DNA of 64,000 nucleotides. Source: Eledone cirrhosa. Lineage: Eukaryota. Each line of letters starts with the position of its first letter. Position 1 is the stretch's first letter. A program made the translations under genes and the position numbers. Shown here in pieces: positions 62,581-64,000 of the stretch. Where the stretch lies: NCBI GenBank assembly GCA_964016885.1, contig OZ024746.1:5146001-5210000 (forward strand), written 5' to 3'. The notes below the pieces were generated by a model. The model was not told where the DNA came from. It saw only the letters and a list, made by a program, of their open reading frames with translations, and did no database searches.

Positions 62581-63559
62581 TGAACTCAACATAATTCACC
62601 CTCGTGTGGAGCATAATCTCCGTTGAACAATACCGTGTGAGTGGAATATTGCAGACGGAAATTGCGCACGAACGCATACGGTGGTGATTGAACAATTTTG
62701 AAATAGAGTTAGACGCTTTCATTGTATACTGTCTATAGAAAATAGTCACTATTACCAACGATAGAATACCATAGTAAATACTAACAGTTGAGTACAGTAG
62801 TAAATACTAAATATTTAGAGCTGTATTTATATACAACCCTTGACGTTCTGAGTTTAAATTAGACCGTGTTTGATTGTAGCTTTCATCCGCTCACAGCTTT
62901 CTCAAATAAACTTCAATAATTCCCTATTATTGCCTTTTGACAGAGTAAGAACATTTATAAAAATGTTAATACATAATGGGAATTAACCTTTAGATACATC
63001 CCTGAGGCAATACCATATAATTTGTTCACTATATATCTCATGGCTTTGAATAGGAAGTTTTTTACTTACACAGTTACTCATGTAGGTTTATCTATGTATA
63101 TGTATCTACAGTTCAGTTTATCATTTATTTTCACATAACATTCAAACTAGAATATATAAAGAATCACAGTATTACATGCTATAGACACACCAGAAACACA
63201 CACATCTATCAATTCACTACCGGGAGGCATACTTTTAGTCGTACAAACATGTTTGCTCGTATTCAGAAATTTCTTCTGAATATAGCATTAGATATATCTA
63301 ATTAAGAGAAATGTATCAAATGTGGTAGTTGCTCTCAAGAAAGGCGAATAATTCCTTTTCAATAAGGCATTGCCCAAAGCTATATCATTTCGAGGTTTCT
63401 TTTATTTCCACACACCCCTCCCAATTCTTTTAAAAATCAAACAATATTTATTCCGAATTTCGCTTCGAGAATGATTTGATTTTTCTCCTATTAATAATTC
63501 AGGTTTCTATTTTAAAGTTAGTTTCCAAGAGGCTATAACTCTTCTTAGAAGAAGAATTG

Positions 63560-63800
63560 ATAGTTGTTTTCTCGTTGCTCTTGGAGAGATCTGATAATTA
63601 AATCTATTGATCTCTTTATCCATTATTCTGATGTCTCCAGGTAATGCATCATCTATTATGCAACACTATTGATTCTCATCGTCATCAATATCTACATGTA
63701 TCGTGATAGAAGTAATCAGCGAGCTTAAATTTAATATTCAGAGAAGAATTCCATATCTCATTAATTCGAATTTTCAATTGGAATTTGTTCAATTTACTGT
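63560..63800 (-). pseudogene. Decayed R4/NeSL-like restriction-like endonuclease fragment
   Basis: NQ*CCIIDDALPGDIRIMDKE resembles CxIIDxAxPxDxxxxxKExEK. Confidence 0.45.
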
Positions 63801-64000
63801 CGTTTATGAAATGATTTCCATTGTGATGTGAAATGCAGTAAGGTATCAGATGAAGATTAAATTAATAAAAAAAAACGTCTTTAGTATTTCCGGATGTTTG
63901 AACTGATTGAACCAAACACAGAACTGGTAATTGGGGATCTTTCTCTATATTATTCCTGGTCATTGTTAACACATTTCTACAGCAGATAAATAAGTGAAAT

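Overview
AT-rich, microsatellite-saturated animal DNA with no supportable host exon. The repeat landscape is Octopus/coleoid-like, which is inference from composition and SINE type. Nearly all listed ORFs are translations of (TA)n/(CA)n/(GA)n tracts. The real content is a transposon graveyard built largely on (TA)n tracts: a decayed Naiad-type Penelope-like element (PLE) ORF (28.5-30.4 kb) and a second PLE 3' end (49.7-50.8 kb); about 20 short PLE-terminus insertions from at least 8 sequence families (my labels A-J), many arranged as fold-back palindromes; about 20 minimal type I hammerhead ribozyme motifs; CRE, RTE and R4-like LINE fragments; a tRNA-derived SINE family; two non-autonomous Helitrons; MITEs; and a tRNA-Tyr-like relic. 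The main candidate novelty is a modular PLE end: [inverted terminus without tail] + [hammerhead-bearing terminus] + [~80-120 nt tail]. In at least 6 otherwise unrelated families the tail starts with the same covarying bulged hairpin (RYUC-upper stem-loop-upper stem'-UN bulge-GARY). There are also atypical hammerhead cores: a family-fixed CAGAAGA core, and families with only a recognisable 3' half. All coordinates and base pairings were read by eye, and no folding or database search was run.
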